64,000 nt of DNA from Pavona decussata (lineage: Eukaryota): NCBI GenBank assembly GCA_977016875.1, contig CDRNST010000257.1, positions 124,001 through 188,000 on the forward strand, in the 5' to 3' direction. The stretch's first letter is position 1; each line of letters starts with the position of its first letter. This document shows positions 63,913 to 64,000 of the stretch, in pieces. Made by a program: the position numbers and the translations under genes. Under the pieces are notes generated by a model, which saw only the letters and a list, made by a program, of their open reading frames with translations, was not told the DNA's origin and ran no database searches.

Positions 63913-64000
63913 ATGGACAAATTCAGTGTTGATGCACGACTACGTACTTTAAAGACTGCAGAAAAGGCAGCACTGCGTCGAGGAGATTATGAAGCAGCTA
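63913..64000 (+). CDS. Start of a probable host protein-coding gene (MDKFSVDARLRTLKTAEKAALRRGDYEAA...), runs off the window
   Basis: Acceptor CCATTCTAG ending at 63881; ATG in AAGATGG context; open frame to the window end; upstream promoter and exon 1. Confidence 0.55.
   Translation, partial: MDKFSVDARLRTLKTAEKAALRRGDYEAA

Noticed and set aside
63913-64000. Naming the terminal CDS (loose resemblance to the TONSL N-terminal helix)
   Set aside because: 29 residues are too few to assign a gene.

Overview
Eukaryotic, AT-rich and intron-containing animal DNA; the repeat content resembles an anthozoan, probably a stony coral (inference). The first ~47.5 kb is nested transposons: a full-length degenerate Ty3/Gypsy element (30-5048); Harbinger, SWIM-domain, Crypton, hAT and KDZ fragments; a Sola3-type element with ~1 kb TIRs (9251-14215) inserted in a DIRS remnant; an L1/Tx1 LINE interrupted by a structurally complete DIRS1-like element (20787-25658); an Ngaro fragment; a second L1/Tx1; a tRNA-derived SINE; and an endonuclease-encoding Helitron (Helentron) interrupted by a Merlin transposon (38197-41993, 8-bp TSD). 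The main observation is inside this Merlin. It carries two intronless, divergently oriented genes (an IS1595-family transposase and a Zn-knuckle/coiled-coil/CCDC106-like ORF) that share a CCAAT/TATA promoter. Both end in a 3' stem-loop of the replication-dependent histone type, followed by an identically spaced shared downstream motif. This suggests, as an untested inference, a DNA transposon that mimics a histone gene pair to time expression to S phase. The last ~16 kb is mostly non-coding (assembly gap, MITEs, microsatellites, a local duplication) and ends with the promoter and first exons of a probable host gene. All family assignments come from motif recognition by eye; no searches were run.
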